Source: Lama glama
Taxonomy: Eukaryota
Length of the DNA stretch: 64,000 nucleotides
NCBI GenBank assembly: GCA_028534125.1
Contig: CM052817.1
Coordinates: 89,034,001-89,098,000 of the forward strand
Direction of reading: 5' to 3'
In this document: positions 11,751-24,544 of the stretch, piece by piece
Layout: each line of letters opens with the position of its first letter
Numbering within the stretch: the first letter of the stretch is position 1
Translations under genes and position numbers: made by a program
Notes under the pieces: generated by a model
Database searches by the model: none
Told to the model about the DNA's origin: nothing
The model's input: only the letters and a program-made list of their open reading frames with translations

Positions 11751-14700
11751 CTGGGGAAAAGCAGAGTAGACACAACAGCTTCATCTCAAAATATCCAGCT
11801 TAAATCAAAGAAATAATTATTAGGAATGACAATACCAGGAAGGTGGGAGAGGAAAAAAAGAAAAAGTAACAGTTTTTTATGGGGCCAGGAAATATTTTCC
11901 ACAAAACTAAAATCATATCATGTATCACAGCATACACACAAACCTGATTTTGTTGAAAAATATAGTAAGTCAAAAATAAAATTAAGATTGTTGAGCTTTT
12001 AAAGAATTTAGAGCATATTGTGCACTATTTTATGAAAATAATAAAAACAGTTTTTATTCTCATAAAATACTCTACAGTATACTCTAAATTCAACAGAATA
12101 TACTTCTGTACATTTTTAATCCATATTCTTAGGGGATGTGTAGTTATCATAAAGAAGATGTTGAAATGTTTGTCAAGTAATCAAAAACTTGCAGTAATTT
12201 TAAGGTATTGGATAGTGCTATGGTAATGGTGAATAGTTATCACTGTTAATATGCTATTATATCATTAGATGCTATAGATAAGCAAACATATTGAATATCT
12301 TGACATTGGCCTTAATAAAGTGTGTTGGGCTTGTATATATGTTATAAATTAATTAACTGCTATATCATATAATCTCTCTTAAACTTGTTTTGGTTTAAAT
12401 ATAAATGAATTAACTTATAAACTAGGAATTATATTTTCTGCTAGTAAAAAATAAATGATACACATTACCACTTATTCTAAAAAAACAAAACAAGCCACTA
12501 CATTAGATTAATTTATTGCAGTTATAGAATTCATATTTTTCCTTAATCATAATATGGGAAATAATCATTTTGCTATCCTATTATACTACATTTATGTGGA
12601 AAAGATTGAGTCATTATTTGGTATACTAGTTTCTCTGGACAAACTCCAATTCAAGTAAATTTCCAGCTGCTAGGATAATGATTTTCTGCCATTTTGCTCA
12701 ATAGGAGTACAGCTCCTACTAATAAACAAATATTACCTACATACAGGAAAAGCACCTTGTTAAATGGAAAATACAGCAAGTTTGGATTAACATCATTTCT
12801 TTCCACATACACATTTTCTGTTTAAAAATGTATGTTACCTAATTATTCCTAACTAATAGCTCCTAATTGAAAACTTTTAGTTTAAGCTGAATAGTGCACA
12901 TATTACATCTTTTGTCCTTATGCAAAATTTATGCTGTTGGGTTAAGTTTGAGTACCTGGTACCTGGTTCTGGTCCCATCATAAACCATGCACGTGGCCTT
13001 GGACAAGATATAATGTGCTTCTGTGAGGAGCTCATAAATAGTTTATATAAATAGAAGATGGAAAAAGGCAACTGAGTATGAAAGTACAAAGTATTATGAT
13101 TGCTATTAAATTCTGCCATTGAGAAAATTTGATCACCTCTTCAATGAAGCATTTTCTGACTTCCTAAGGAAGAGCTAACTACTCTCCCTCTGTGCTTTAT
13201 AAAAACATTTATTATGTATTGTAATTAAGCCACCTTATACACACATACCCCATCAGACTGTCCTCAAGGGTTGAGACTGTAAGGCCTAGTACACTGTCTG
13301 GAGAAGAATATGAGGAGGAGACAAAAGGTGAGAAAAGAGAAAGGATATCGTTTCTTGCGAATCATTTTTTTTATTTGCTATTGGCAGCTTTCAAAATCCA
13401 ATGAAAAATATGAATAAATCATTAAAAGAACTGAATCATGGATTCTGGTCGCCACACAAAACTGACACTGACTTTGTCAGTGTTTTCCAGCCATCAGTTA
13501 CCTATTAACTGTGTTTTCTTTCTTGGAGACACACATATATCTGACATCCGTCCACATCTGTGGTTTATCTCATTCTATTTCTATGCTTTTTCCCATTTTG
13601 CAGTATTTTCCTATTTTGATACCTTTTATAAAATTGTTTTTTTAGAAATACCATTTCTACTAAGCATGTACAAGTAACACATCACCAAATAGAGTGGAAA
13701 TATTAGCTCACAAAGCAAGAAAAAAATGAAGCCTTCTCTCCATATGTAGGTCTAACTTTGAATAGTTTTTATTTATATGTGGCCAATATTTGTATTGCTA
13801 CTCTTCCCAAATAGACCACTTCAACATTCATTGGTCAATAGATTGAAAAGAAAATTCTTAACTTAAGAATTTAGGGTTGATATTATGGATCATTTGGTTG
13901 GTATCCAATATACATTCTTGCAGATTCCTTTCTCAAAGGCTCACTTTTCTCACACTTGAAACTCACTGATTCACCCAAAATATATTTTTTATTTAATCAG
14001 AAATTCTGTGTGTTGGTGCTGGGGATGGTATTAAGACACAATTTTTAATGTAGATCCAAAAGTTAAGATCATTTTTAGTTCTCTTTTTTAAATTCCAATG
14101 GCTTTCAAAGGATGTATATGTGAAAGGGAGTGGGATGGAGTGGGAAAAGCTTTTGAGACTCATTTTAATAGATTTGTTCCAAATGTTCCCTTTCTGAAAT
14201 TAATAAACATAACCTTCCATATGTGTATGTGAGTGTTCCAGAATCTCAAATAAGAATGGGTCAGGTGGCTCCCGAGATTGTTTTGATAATCCATTTCATC
14301 TTAGTGCCCTTCACCCACCAAACATCAGTGCACCAGTTGGTAAATTTTATTTCATACAGAGTTTCATTCATTGCAAGTGAATGGGAGATACGTTAAGTGC
14401 AGGAGCTTGTGCTATTTCTAAATCAGTCAGAAATTTATAGTATAAAACTAACTAGGTGCAGAATGGATACAAAAGTAGGGACCCTTGATCCTAAACCTGG
14501 AAGGGATAAAGACATAATTTGCATAATTTTCAACCCTCAGATATTTATTAATTCTTTAAATTGAGGCAGTACTGTAAAATACAAAGTTTGGCATTTAAGC
14601 TGGTCTTAGAACATTAGAGATAGTAGATATTTAGAGGTTGTTCTATACCTTTAATCTATTTGAACAATATGGTATATTCTGCCTTCTGATTCACAAACAG

Positions 14701-14799
14701 ATTTTATTTTTTAAAATTTTACATGAAATTGATATTGTTATTAATTCTTTAAAAGGGTTGGATCATTCAATGGTTGTCTAAAAGTAGCAAATTTTACTG

Positions 14800-15020
14800 A
14801 AAAGAATAAAGCGCTTGGAATTAGACGGTTATGTTTGAGTTTTAGCTCTGTCATTTACTAATTCTGTGAAACAAGCAAAGCAATTTAAAACTCTCAGCAT
14901 CAGTTTCCTCTTGTGTATAATGATAATAATGTAGCCTTATATAATTCAAAAGGGACAAATAAAAAACATTAGTACTAGCATTTTTAAAGTAAGTAAACAC
15001 TGTACATATTTTAGTGACTA
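14800..15020 (+). mobile_element. MIR SINE
   Basis: MIR core: gtttgagttttagctctgtcatttactaattctgtga...ctctcagcatcagtttcctcttgtgtataatg. Confidence 0.75.
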
Positions 15021-15212
15021 TCATTTGGTATGCTACAGAACTGAATGTGGTTGAAGAATTATATTCTCACTGGTGGTATAATCTCACTGGTCTGTTTGGG
15101 CTTCACACATCTAAGCCAGTTAATGTGCTGCTATATATCAGCTATATCCTCGATGTTTATTTTCTAAACTTCTGGCCTGTTAGGCAATAGTTTAATGCCA
15201 TGAGTCAAAAGA

Positions 15213-15302
15213 TAAAAAGATCTAAGACAACTTCCCTCCCACTTAGCACCCAGCTCTTAAAAAGATCTAAGACAACTTCCCTCCCACTTAGCACCCAGCT
15301 CT
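15213..15302 (+). repeat. Perfect 45-bp tandem duplication
   Basis: taaaaagatctaagacaacttccctcccacttagcacccagctct occurs twice (15213-15257, 15258-15302), followed by taaa. Confidence 0.97.
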
Positions 15303-18300
15303 TAAAGTGGGGTTGTCGCTCAGAGGAAACCCTGCCACTAGCTCCAGACCTGTAGCTCAGAGAGTTTTACTGGGAAGAGAAGCAGGCCTTAAAACAGGAA
15401 GTTTTAAAACTTCCCAAAGGAAGTGATTTTATTTATGATAGAGTGTGTAGTAGTTCAAAAGGAAAGATTTTGGAGGTTGTGGTTAAAGGCAATTGCGATG
15501 ATATTGATAGATGCATTGATGATATAGGCAAAACTGTAAGCCAGCTAGTTTGCAGAGAGACCTAGGGAGAGAGACAGCTGGGGGAGACTTGCCAGGGTTA
15601 AGAACAAATCTCAAACACTGACTTCAGGAGCTATTTTTTTCAAAGAAGTTTGAGTGTGATTGATTTGTAGAATTGTATCCCTAATTATTGTTGAAAGCAA
15701 AAAAGCAATCAGCCACCAATTTAAATTAAATTGTGGAATTTAACAATTGTTGGTGATCAGGAAAAGAAATAGTAATGGTAAGGCCTGCAAAAACTACTGT
15801 CCTTCCAGGATAATTGTGGACATATCCAAGGCTACAAACCTTGAGGAGCAACATCAGAGGCTTAATGCTCCAGGGATGGTGGGATAGATAAATCCCACCA
15901 AGAATTCAGGTAGTAACTAAAAAATAAACAAGCAAAAAAAGAATAACAAAGTCTCTCGTGGCATTGCCAAGAGTGGCAACAATATATTGTGTAAAATGTC
16001 CAACAAAAAATTCTGAAACATTTATCAAACAGGAAAGTGAGACCCATACACAGTGGGAAAAGCAAGCAACAGACAATGTCTGTGACAGTGGCCAGATATC
16101 AGAGGTAACACATAAAGACTTTAAAGTGGCTATTATAAATATGTTCAAATAACTAAAGGAAACTATGATTAAAGAGGTAAAAGAGGGTATGAAGACAATG
16201 ACTCAGTTATAAAAAATGTTAATAGAGAGATAAAAGTTATAAAATAGAAACAAATAAAAATTCTGAAATTAAAAAGTACAATAACTAAAATAGAAAAATT
16301 TACAAGAAATGTTCAACAGTAGGTTTGAACTGGTAAAAGAAAGACCTAGCAATCTTAAAGATTAATAGAGATTGTATAATATGAAGAACAGTGAGACAAA
16401 AGAATTTAAAAAATGAACAAAGCCTCGGAGAAATAGGGGCTAGCATTAAATGCAGAAACATACATGAGAGTACCAAAAGGAGAGGAGAGAATGAAAGGAG
16501 AACAAAAAATCAAAGAAAGTGTTTTAAATTTAATGAAAAACATTAATCTGCACATCCAAGAAACACAATGACCTCCAGGTAGGATAAAGGCAAAGAGATA
16601 CACGAGAGACACATCACAGTAAAAGTACTGAGAGCCAAAGATAGGGAAAAATCTTGATAGCAGAAAAAAGAAACTACTATCATTACAAAGAAATCACAAA
16701 AATATTAATATCTAACCTTTCATCAGAAACAATAAAGGCCAGGGGGTAGTGGGAAAATATATCTGAAGTGGTAAAATATATTTAAAAAACTATCAACCTA
16801 GTATCCAAATCCAGCATAGCTCTCTTTCAAAACTAAAGACTAAATAAAGCCTCAGATAAACAAAAATTGAGTGAATTTGTTGCTATCACACTCAACTACA
16901 AGAAATACTAAAGAAATTTATTTAGACTGGTAGCAATTACTCCAGACAGCAATTTGAATCCACATAAAAAACTAACAGCATCAGTAAAGGTAATTATGTA
17001 ATTATAGAAGACAATTAAATAGATGTTTCTTCTCCTTTCTTCTCCCAACTAATTTAAAAATCAATCACTTAAAACAACTTGTATATAGTATACTTGGAGG
17101 CCTATAACATATAGATACAGAATATTTGCCAGTAACATCACAAAGGAGATGAATAGGAGCAAAGCTACATTAGTCTAAAAAATAATGACTGGAGATGGTG
17201 ACCTGAATCCATAGAAACAAATGAAGGGAACCAGAAATGAAAAATAGGAAGGTTAATATAACAAAAGCTATAAACATATACTTGCTCTCTTTGTTTCCTC
17301 ATCTTCTTTAAATGTCATAAACTTATATAAGTAAAGTAATAATTATAAGAATGTATGATTCTGTTTGTAACAGTCATGTAATATACTATATATAAAATAA
17401 TACCACAAAAAGAGGAAAAGGAGATAGGGGTATAAAGGAGTTATGTTTCTAGATTTTATTGGAATTAAATTATTGTAAACTTGAAGTTTATGCTGATAAG
17501 TTATGATACGTATGCAAAGATCACTGCAGCAATCACTAAAAAAAATTGAAATATAATATAAAAAGTCAAAATTCTGCATTAGAAAATATGCATTTAATGC
17601 AAAAGATTGCAGCAAAGGATGAATAAAATAAAAGACATGAACTATATAGAAAACAAAAATAAAATTGCAAATATTTTAACTCTAATCATATGAATAACAC
17701 TACACTCAAATGGATTTAATAACATAATGAAAAGGCAGAGATTATCAGACTGAATAAAATACATGAGCCAACCATATGCTATTTACAGAACTGAAAGTAT
17801 AAGTATGGAAATAGATGTATCATGCAAACAGCAAGCATAATAAAGCTGGAGTGGCTGTGCTAATATTGGAAAATTAGTCCTAAAATATTAATAGAGATAG
17901 AATAACATTTTATAATAGTGTCCCTCCATCTGAAATATATAACAATTAGAAACATATATGCATCTAACAACAGAGTATCAAAATACAGGAATCAAAAACT
18001 AACAAATTAAGGGAGAAATAGAAAACTCAACAATAATAGTTGGAGCATTTAATACCCTCACTTTCAATAATGGATAGAACTGCTAGGCAGAAGTTCAACT
18101 AGGAGATCAAAGATTTGAACAACATTATAAGCCAACTAGACCTAACAGACATCAACAAAACATTTTACCTGGTAACAGTACAATATATGTTTTTCTCAAA
18201 TCCACATGTAACATTCACCAGGATAGGCAATATGTTTTGACATAAATGGATCTCAATTAATTTAAAAGGATAGAAATAATACAAAGAATGTTCTATGACC

Positions 18301-18616
18301 ACATGGAATGAAATTAGAAATCAATAACAGAAAGACATTTGGGAAGCTTTAACTCTTATGTTAAAGAACATGTTTCTAAATAACCAATAGATCAAGAAGA
18401 AATAAAAAGGGAAATGAGAAAATATTTTGAGAGAAATGATGATATAATACATGCAGTCTTATGGGTTGCAGCTAAAGTCATAGTTAAAATTTACCGTTGT
18501 AAATTCTTATATTTAAAAAAAGAGATTAATAATCTAATCTTTCACCTTAAGAAATTGGAAAAAGAAGAGCAAAATAAATCTAAGGCAACCAAAGAGAAAT
18601 GTTAAAAATTCATATG

Positions 18617-18696
18617 TTATATGTATGTATATGTATGACTGAAACATTATGCTGTACACCAGAAATTGACACATTGTAACTGACTGTACTTCAGTA
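18617..18696 (+). mobile_element. 80-bp 3' end of a younger camelid/cetartiodactyl L1 inserted in the old L1 ORF2
   Basis: atgtatgactgaaacattatgctgtacaccagaaattgacacattgtaactgactgtacttca. TSD aaaaattcatatg (18604-18616) / agaagttcatatg (18697-18709), 11/13. Confidence 0.85.
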
Positions 18697-19756
18697 AGAA
18701 GTTCATATGAAAATTAATGAAATAGAGAATGGAATAAAGTAACAATAGAGAATGTTAATGAAAGTAAAAGCTAATTCTTTAAAAAGAAGAAAAAGTAACA
18801 ATTCTTTAATTCTATTTACTAAGGAAAAAAAGAGAAGATCAAAATTACTAGCACCAGAAATGAAAGAGGAGACATTACTACTGTCCTTACAAAAAAAAAA
18901 AAAGTTTATTATAAAGGAATATCATAAACAATAGCATGTCAAAAATTAGGTAGCATAGATATAATAGAAAACTGACTCAAGAAGAAATATATCATCTGAA
19001 TAAACCTATTATAAGTAAAAGGATTGAATTGGTAATTACAAAAAAAGAAAACCCACAAAGAAAAGCTCAGACCCAGATGGCTTCACTCTTGTATTCTACC
19101 AAATATTTAAAGAATAAATACTAGTTATTCATAAACTCTTCTAGAAATACAAGAGGAAAACTTCCCAACTCATTCTATGAGGCCAGTGTTACCCTGATGC
19201 CTAACCAAACCAAGACATCAAATCAAAAAAACTCAAGAATCTAACAACATATAATGAATTATACACCATGATTAATTGAGTTTATTCCAGGAATTCAAAG
19301 TGGATTCAGCATCTGAAAATCAGTTAATGCAGTACAGTGTATCTATACATAGAAAAGTATAATCTTTTCAGTAGGTGCAGAAAAAGCACTTACAAAATCC
19401 AGCAGCATTTCATGATAAAACAGTTACCAAATTAAGAATAAAAGGAAATTTCCTCAACTTGATAAGAGGCGTTTACTTAAAAAACTACATCTGGCATCAT
19501 ACATAATGGTTAAAGACTGGATGCTTTGCCCATAACATCAGAAACAAAACAAAGATGTCCACTCTTGCCACTTTTATTCAACATTCTGCTGGAGATTCTA
19601 GACAGGGCAATTAGAAAAGAAATATAAGTAAAGATAGGATAAGAAGTAAAACTACCTGTATTCATAGATGACATGATTTTGTGTATCAAAAATCCTAAGG
19701 AATTCACTACAAAATTTTAGAACTAATAAACTTGGCAACTTAGCAGGATACAACAG

Positions 19757-20890
19757 TTTTTCATATTTTCTACATAAACAATCATGTCATCTGTGAACAA
19801 GGACAATTTTATGTCTTTCTTCCCAAATATGTATACTTCTTATCTCTTGTTCTCTTCTTATTGCATTAACAAAGACATTTGGTACAGTGTTGAAAAGGTG
19901 TGATGAGATGAGACATTTTTGCCTTGTACCTGATCTTAGTGAGAAAGTCTCAAGTTTCTCACCATTAGGTATGATGTTACCTGTAGATTATTTTTCTGTA
20001 GGTGGCTTTATCAAGTTGAGAAAGTTCTCCACTGTACTTAATACACTCAGAGCTCTTATTATGTTGGATTTTGTCAAATGCTTTTTCTACAACTATTAAT
20101 ATGGTCATATAATTTATCTTTTCTATTCTCTTGTTGTGATGATTTATATTAACTGACTTTTGAATGTCCTACAAGCTTTGTGTATCTGGGTAAAACCCAC
20201 TTGTCTGCGGTGTATAATTCTTTTTAGACATTTTTTATTCGATTTTCTAATTTTTTGTTAAAGATTTTTGCATTAAAGTTCATAGGAGATATTATTCTAC
20301 AGATAAAATGTCTTTGTCTGGTTTTGGTATTATGGTTACGTTGCCCTCATAGAATGAGTTAGTAAGTATTCCTTCTGCTTCTAACATCTGAATGAGATTA
20401 AAGAAAATTGGTATAATTTCTTCCTTAAATGTTTGGAAGAATTCACCAGTGAACCCATCTGAGCCTTGTGCTTTCTGCTTTGGAAGGTTATGAATTATTG
20501 ACTCAATTTTTAAATAGATACAGTTCTATTTGGATCATCTATTTCTTCCTGTGTGAATTATGGCAAATTTTATCTTTCAAGCATTTGGTCCAATTCATTT
20601 AGTTTATAAAATTTGTGGGCATAAAGTTGTTCATAGTACCACTTTACTATCCTTTTAATTTCTACAGGATCTATAGTCCCCTCTTTCATTTCTGATATTT
20701 GTAGTTTGTGTCCTCTCTCTTTTTTTCTTAGCCTAGCTAGAGCTTTATCAATTTTATTTAATTTTTTTTCAAAGAATAAGCTTTTGGTTTTGTAGATTTT
20801 TTTCTGTTGATTTCTTGTTTTCAATTTAATTGATTTCTGCTCTAATTATTTCTTTTGTTCTACTCACTTTGAATTTAATTTGTGCTTGCA
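19757..20890 (-). mobile_element. L1 (L1MC-like) ORF2 fragment, inverted relative to its neighbour
   Basis: Minus strand encodes KTKSLFFEKKLNKIDKALARL...YYEQLYAHKF (ORF 20570-20824) and ends just after FTDDMIVYVEN (19780-19797 on +). Confidence 0.93.
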
Positions 20891-22904
20891 TTTTTAAAAT
20901 GATGAGCAGGGATCAGAAATAGCAAGAATCAAAAACTAGTGGAAGAAACAAAACTATTTTTTGGTTATTAATTCAAGTAAGTCAACCATGCTTTGAAAAA
21001 TTACAAACATGAAGCCCATATTAATCTAGAATAACAGATTTAACTTAGAGTTGAAAAAATAATTTGAGGACAAAGTAAGAAAACATTTGTTGGGATAAAT
21101 GCTTTGAGTTCCCCTTAGTACTTTGGGTACCTCATCATTCAAGTAACATATGAGTTTTCGTTTTTTCCCAAAGGTTTTCAGTGTTGTTTCTGTCCTAAAA
21201 GCCTTTATACAAGGGTCCTTCATTAGAGACATTTTTTACAGCCCTGCTGCCCCAAAAAACACTTTTGATCTTTATCTAAGAATCACTGACCTCAGAGCTT
21301 CGTACTTGGTTGTGTTGTACCTCTGTGCTCACCTAGATATAAAAGACTAGATTTAAAATATGTACCTATTAAATATAAGACATAATACAAATGAATGGGA
21401 CCAGCTTCTTAAAATCAGTTATAGTCTTTTCCTATTGTGAATTTTTAATAGTATGTTATCTACATGCTATCATATACATTGTCCTGGTTTATATGTGTTT
21501 ATTGTTATGAATTATAATCTCTCCTTTCTCGCTCTATTCTAAATCATCATTATATCTCATACAGTGTATGTGACATTTGAATCCTAGCTACTGTGTAGGA
21601 TTTACTTCCTTCTCATTAAAACATACAAACTTTTAGTTCTTATATCCAACCAGGCAGTGTTTTCCTCCTATGAACATGCAGCCATTTTATAGTTTTTTAA
21701 ACACCATCTGTGTTATTCTTACATTTAACTTTTTAATATACTTATCTTTTTTACAAGAGTTTATACTGAAGGCAGGAAAAACATACAGATGAAAAAATAT
21801 CTCTGTATTCCAGAGGACATTGCCTTACATAAAGCAGGTCCTGAATATACATTTGATTAATAAAATCATTAAAAAAAACCCTCAGAAATATGTATCTTTG
21901 TTATTATTTTCCCTATGCTTACGTTTTCACAGCTAAAATTTGCTACTACTTAGAATTTTGACTCTCTAAATAGAATTATTAGTGAAATCCCTGTGTAAGT
22001 GAACATCACTCTAACTTAGAGATAAATTGGTAGGCGAGGATTCCTAGTTTAGTATAAGCTGAAAATAAGAGTTCTGACTTTTAATTAGTTTAGTTTAGCT
22101 TATCAGTCTGAGAAATTGGTGAGCCTTTTTAACTGGACTCATTTTGTACTTTTTAAATTATTTTAATTATTGCAAAGCATCCAGGTGCAATATAGTAGTC
22201 ATTTATAAATAAATAAATAAAATTAAATAAAATACAAGATCATTATCATTATGTGTAATGTACTAATTACACAAAGCTCTATTCAGGCCAGATTTGATTA
22301 CTGTGATTCTTCATTGCTATTTTCCTAGATTTAAAAGCCAAGCATTATTACAACCAATTTCTTTTAATTTTATGATGGACTCCTTTTATTTTACTCTTTC
22401 TCTCTGTTGCATGGGGAAAAGCAAAAAACTGTACTGTGAATACAACTACATTTTTTTCTCCTTTTTTGAGGTAATTAGGAGGCATCCTTGTTTGTCTTTA
22501 AATTTAAGATGTATAATTCAAAGTGTTTATGTAAAAATGAATGCCTGGTATTATGGTATCAGATATTCCATGCTAAAAGGCAGCTTGCGTGGGAGAACTA
22601 TTACTTTGTATATGTAGCCCTGTTAATTGTGTAAGTATAGAATGATGAAAACATTAAAATTTATAAAGGAGAAAAAATGCTAGAGTTTTGAAGGTGGAGG
22701 TAACTAAATAGATGGAGTATCAGAGCCCAGAGTAAACAGTCCACAGAGGTTTTAAATGGCTTTGCACCAGTCTGTTTTGTAAGATCCAACATGGATTAAT
22801 AGTGGAAACTTAGTTAAGTCCTCAGGGTAGATTTAATACTGAGCTTATACAAACTTTATATGACACTCTGAAAAATGTTGTTACTTTAAAAAAAAAGACA
22901 AAAA

Positions 22905-23133
22905 CAATTGCTATTTATTTACACTTACTGTATGATAGTTTTTACATTAGTTGATTTATATGTACTATCATCTAGATCTCACAACAACCCTCTGGGTAGA
23001 CATCAGTATCCCAGTTAGAAAAGAGGAAGCAGAAATATATATAGTTTAAAGCAATTTTCCAAGGTAACACTGAACATGCCAGAGCTTGGGTTTGAACCAC
23101 AGCCACTTGACTACAAGCCTAATTTCTCTCTAC
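22905..23133 (-). mobile_element. MIR SINE
   Basis: ctcacaacaaccctctgggtag...gaggaagcaga...ccaaggtaacac...gagcttgggtttgaacc...tgactacaagcc. Confidence 0.8.
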
Positions 23134-23639
23134 GGAGCTACATAGAAAGGGGACGAAAAATTGTGGACTGAAAGTAGAATTAATTCATGGTGACATCTGT
23201 TTTAAGGATATCTGGCTGGAATCAATCAGAAAAAAAATAGAAATGGGGCATAGAATAAGGCATAAGACTAATTAGTTACCCTCACTTTTTAAGGCACATA
23301 AAATCTAAATTGTGTAATGTAAAGACTGTGATATGAGACCAGATACAAAATAGACTTCACCCTCTAATAATAACCAAAGAATAACCCAATAATCCAAATA
23401 TGTTTAGAACCTTTTCAAAGACACACAGTATCACATCCATCAAACTTATTTTTCCTGAAGCCAAATGGAGAGCTAGTTTTCATCTGTAGAAAATAATTTA
23501 ATACTATCATTGAAAAACATAACTAATTTAAAGAGACAAATATTCCAATATTTTTCCTTGTTTTCAATTATTTCATTCAGGGATTTTGTCAGCAGCCCTA
23601 TTATCCCTACTGTGTGAATAGTACAATTTTAACTTGCTT

Positions 23640-23825
23640 TAATACTAATTACTATACATAAAATAGATAAACAACAAGATCCTACTGTTAGCACAGGGAA
23701 CTATATTCAATATCTTGTAATAACCTGTAATGAAAAGGAATATAAAACTTATGTATATATGTATAATTGAAACACTATGCTGTACACCAGAAATTAACAC
23801 AACATTGTTACCTGATTTTTAAAAA
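23640..23825 (+). mobile_element. Cetartiodactyl-type L1 3' UTR fragment
   Basis: aaaatagataaacaacaagatcctactg...agcacagggaactatattcaatatcttgtaataacc...gctgtacaccagaaattaacacaacattg. Confidence 0.85.
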
Positions 23826-24544
23826 CTAACCAATTAAAAGAGTTAGGGATAAAGAATTTTTTAATGTCACAGAAAAAATAAGGTCCTTCTAAGATTTTTA
23901 TGTTTTAATCTTTTAATAGGGTGATTTGTACTTAAAATATTAAATTATTTAAATTTCTTCTTTTAAATATAACATTACTGTTGATCTTACCTTCATGAAT
24001 GAAAACGTGAACAGCAAATTAACCATTATTCTCTCAAGTGTAGATGTTTCCCTCTTGTGAAAGACAAAAAAATCTAACGTTTGTTAGCAAATGCTAACTG
24101 AAAACATGTATATTTATCCCTATGTTGCCATAGATTCTTTTGATGAAGGAGTCAAAAATAGATGCATCAATGAGAAATAACTTTCAGTCTTTGATGACAG
24201 ATATTGAACCCTTGATATCAACTGGTTCTGAAACATCTTGCATCAAAACTTTCTATGGCTTAGGTTTGCACCAGGAATCCAGGGCAGTCAGCCACAGTTC
24301 CCAGTGAGGCCTGACAGAACACCCACAACCATCAGTTTTAGGTGTCTAGAATTATTATTGAAAACACTTTCTTGAAAATTGGCCTCAGGGGGAAGGAGGG
24401 TGGAGGGACTCTCTTTAGCATGTATTTGAACTTCCTGAAACTATTGGCTAATATGCCTTAATAAATAGATTTATTTTATTTACCCAAAGTTGTAGATAAC
24501 TTTTATTATGTTAGAGCTTTGCTGCTAACAAAGATTAAGGATAA

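Larger units (their letters stand above)
15210..19753 (+). mobile_element. Old L1 (L1M4/L1MB-like): 5' UTR, decayed ORF1 (~16100-16960) and ORF2 to just past the RT catalytic motif; 3' half missing
   Basis: ORF1-type ...KDFKVAIINMFK. Endonuclease motifs (atagttggagcatttaataccc = IVGxFNT). PDGFT at ~19071. FIDDMI (FADD equivalent) at 19661. Confidence 0.93.

Noticed and set aside
12600..12760. Possible leucine-rich-repeat fragments on the minus strand
   Set aside because: They need several frameshifts and stops, so I cannot distinguish them from chance.
19740..19770. L1 5' inversion by twin priming
   Set aside because: Both arms cover the same ORF2 interval and differ at subfamily-diagnostic sites. 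Twin priming gives non-overlapping parts of one element plus a polyA tail.
15862..20824. Cluster of ORFs suggesting a gene
   Set aside because: All are sense or antisense fragments of decayed L1 ORF1/ORF2.
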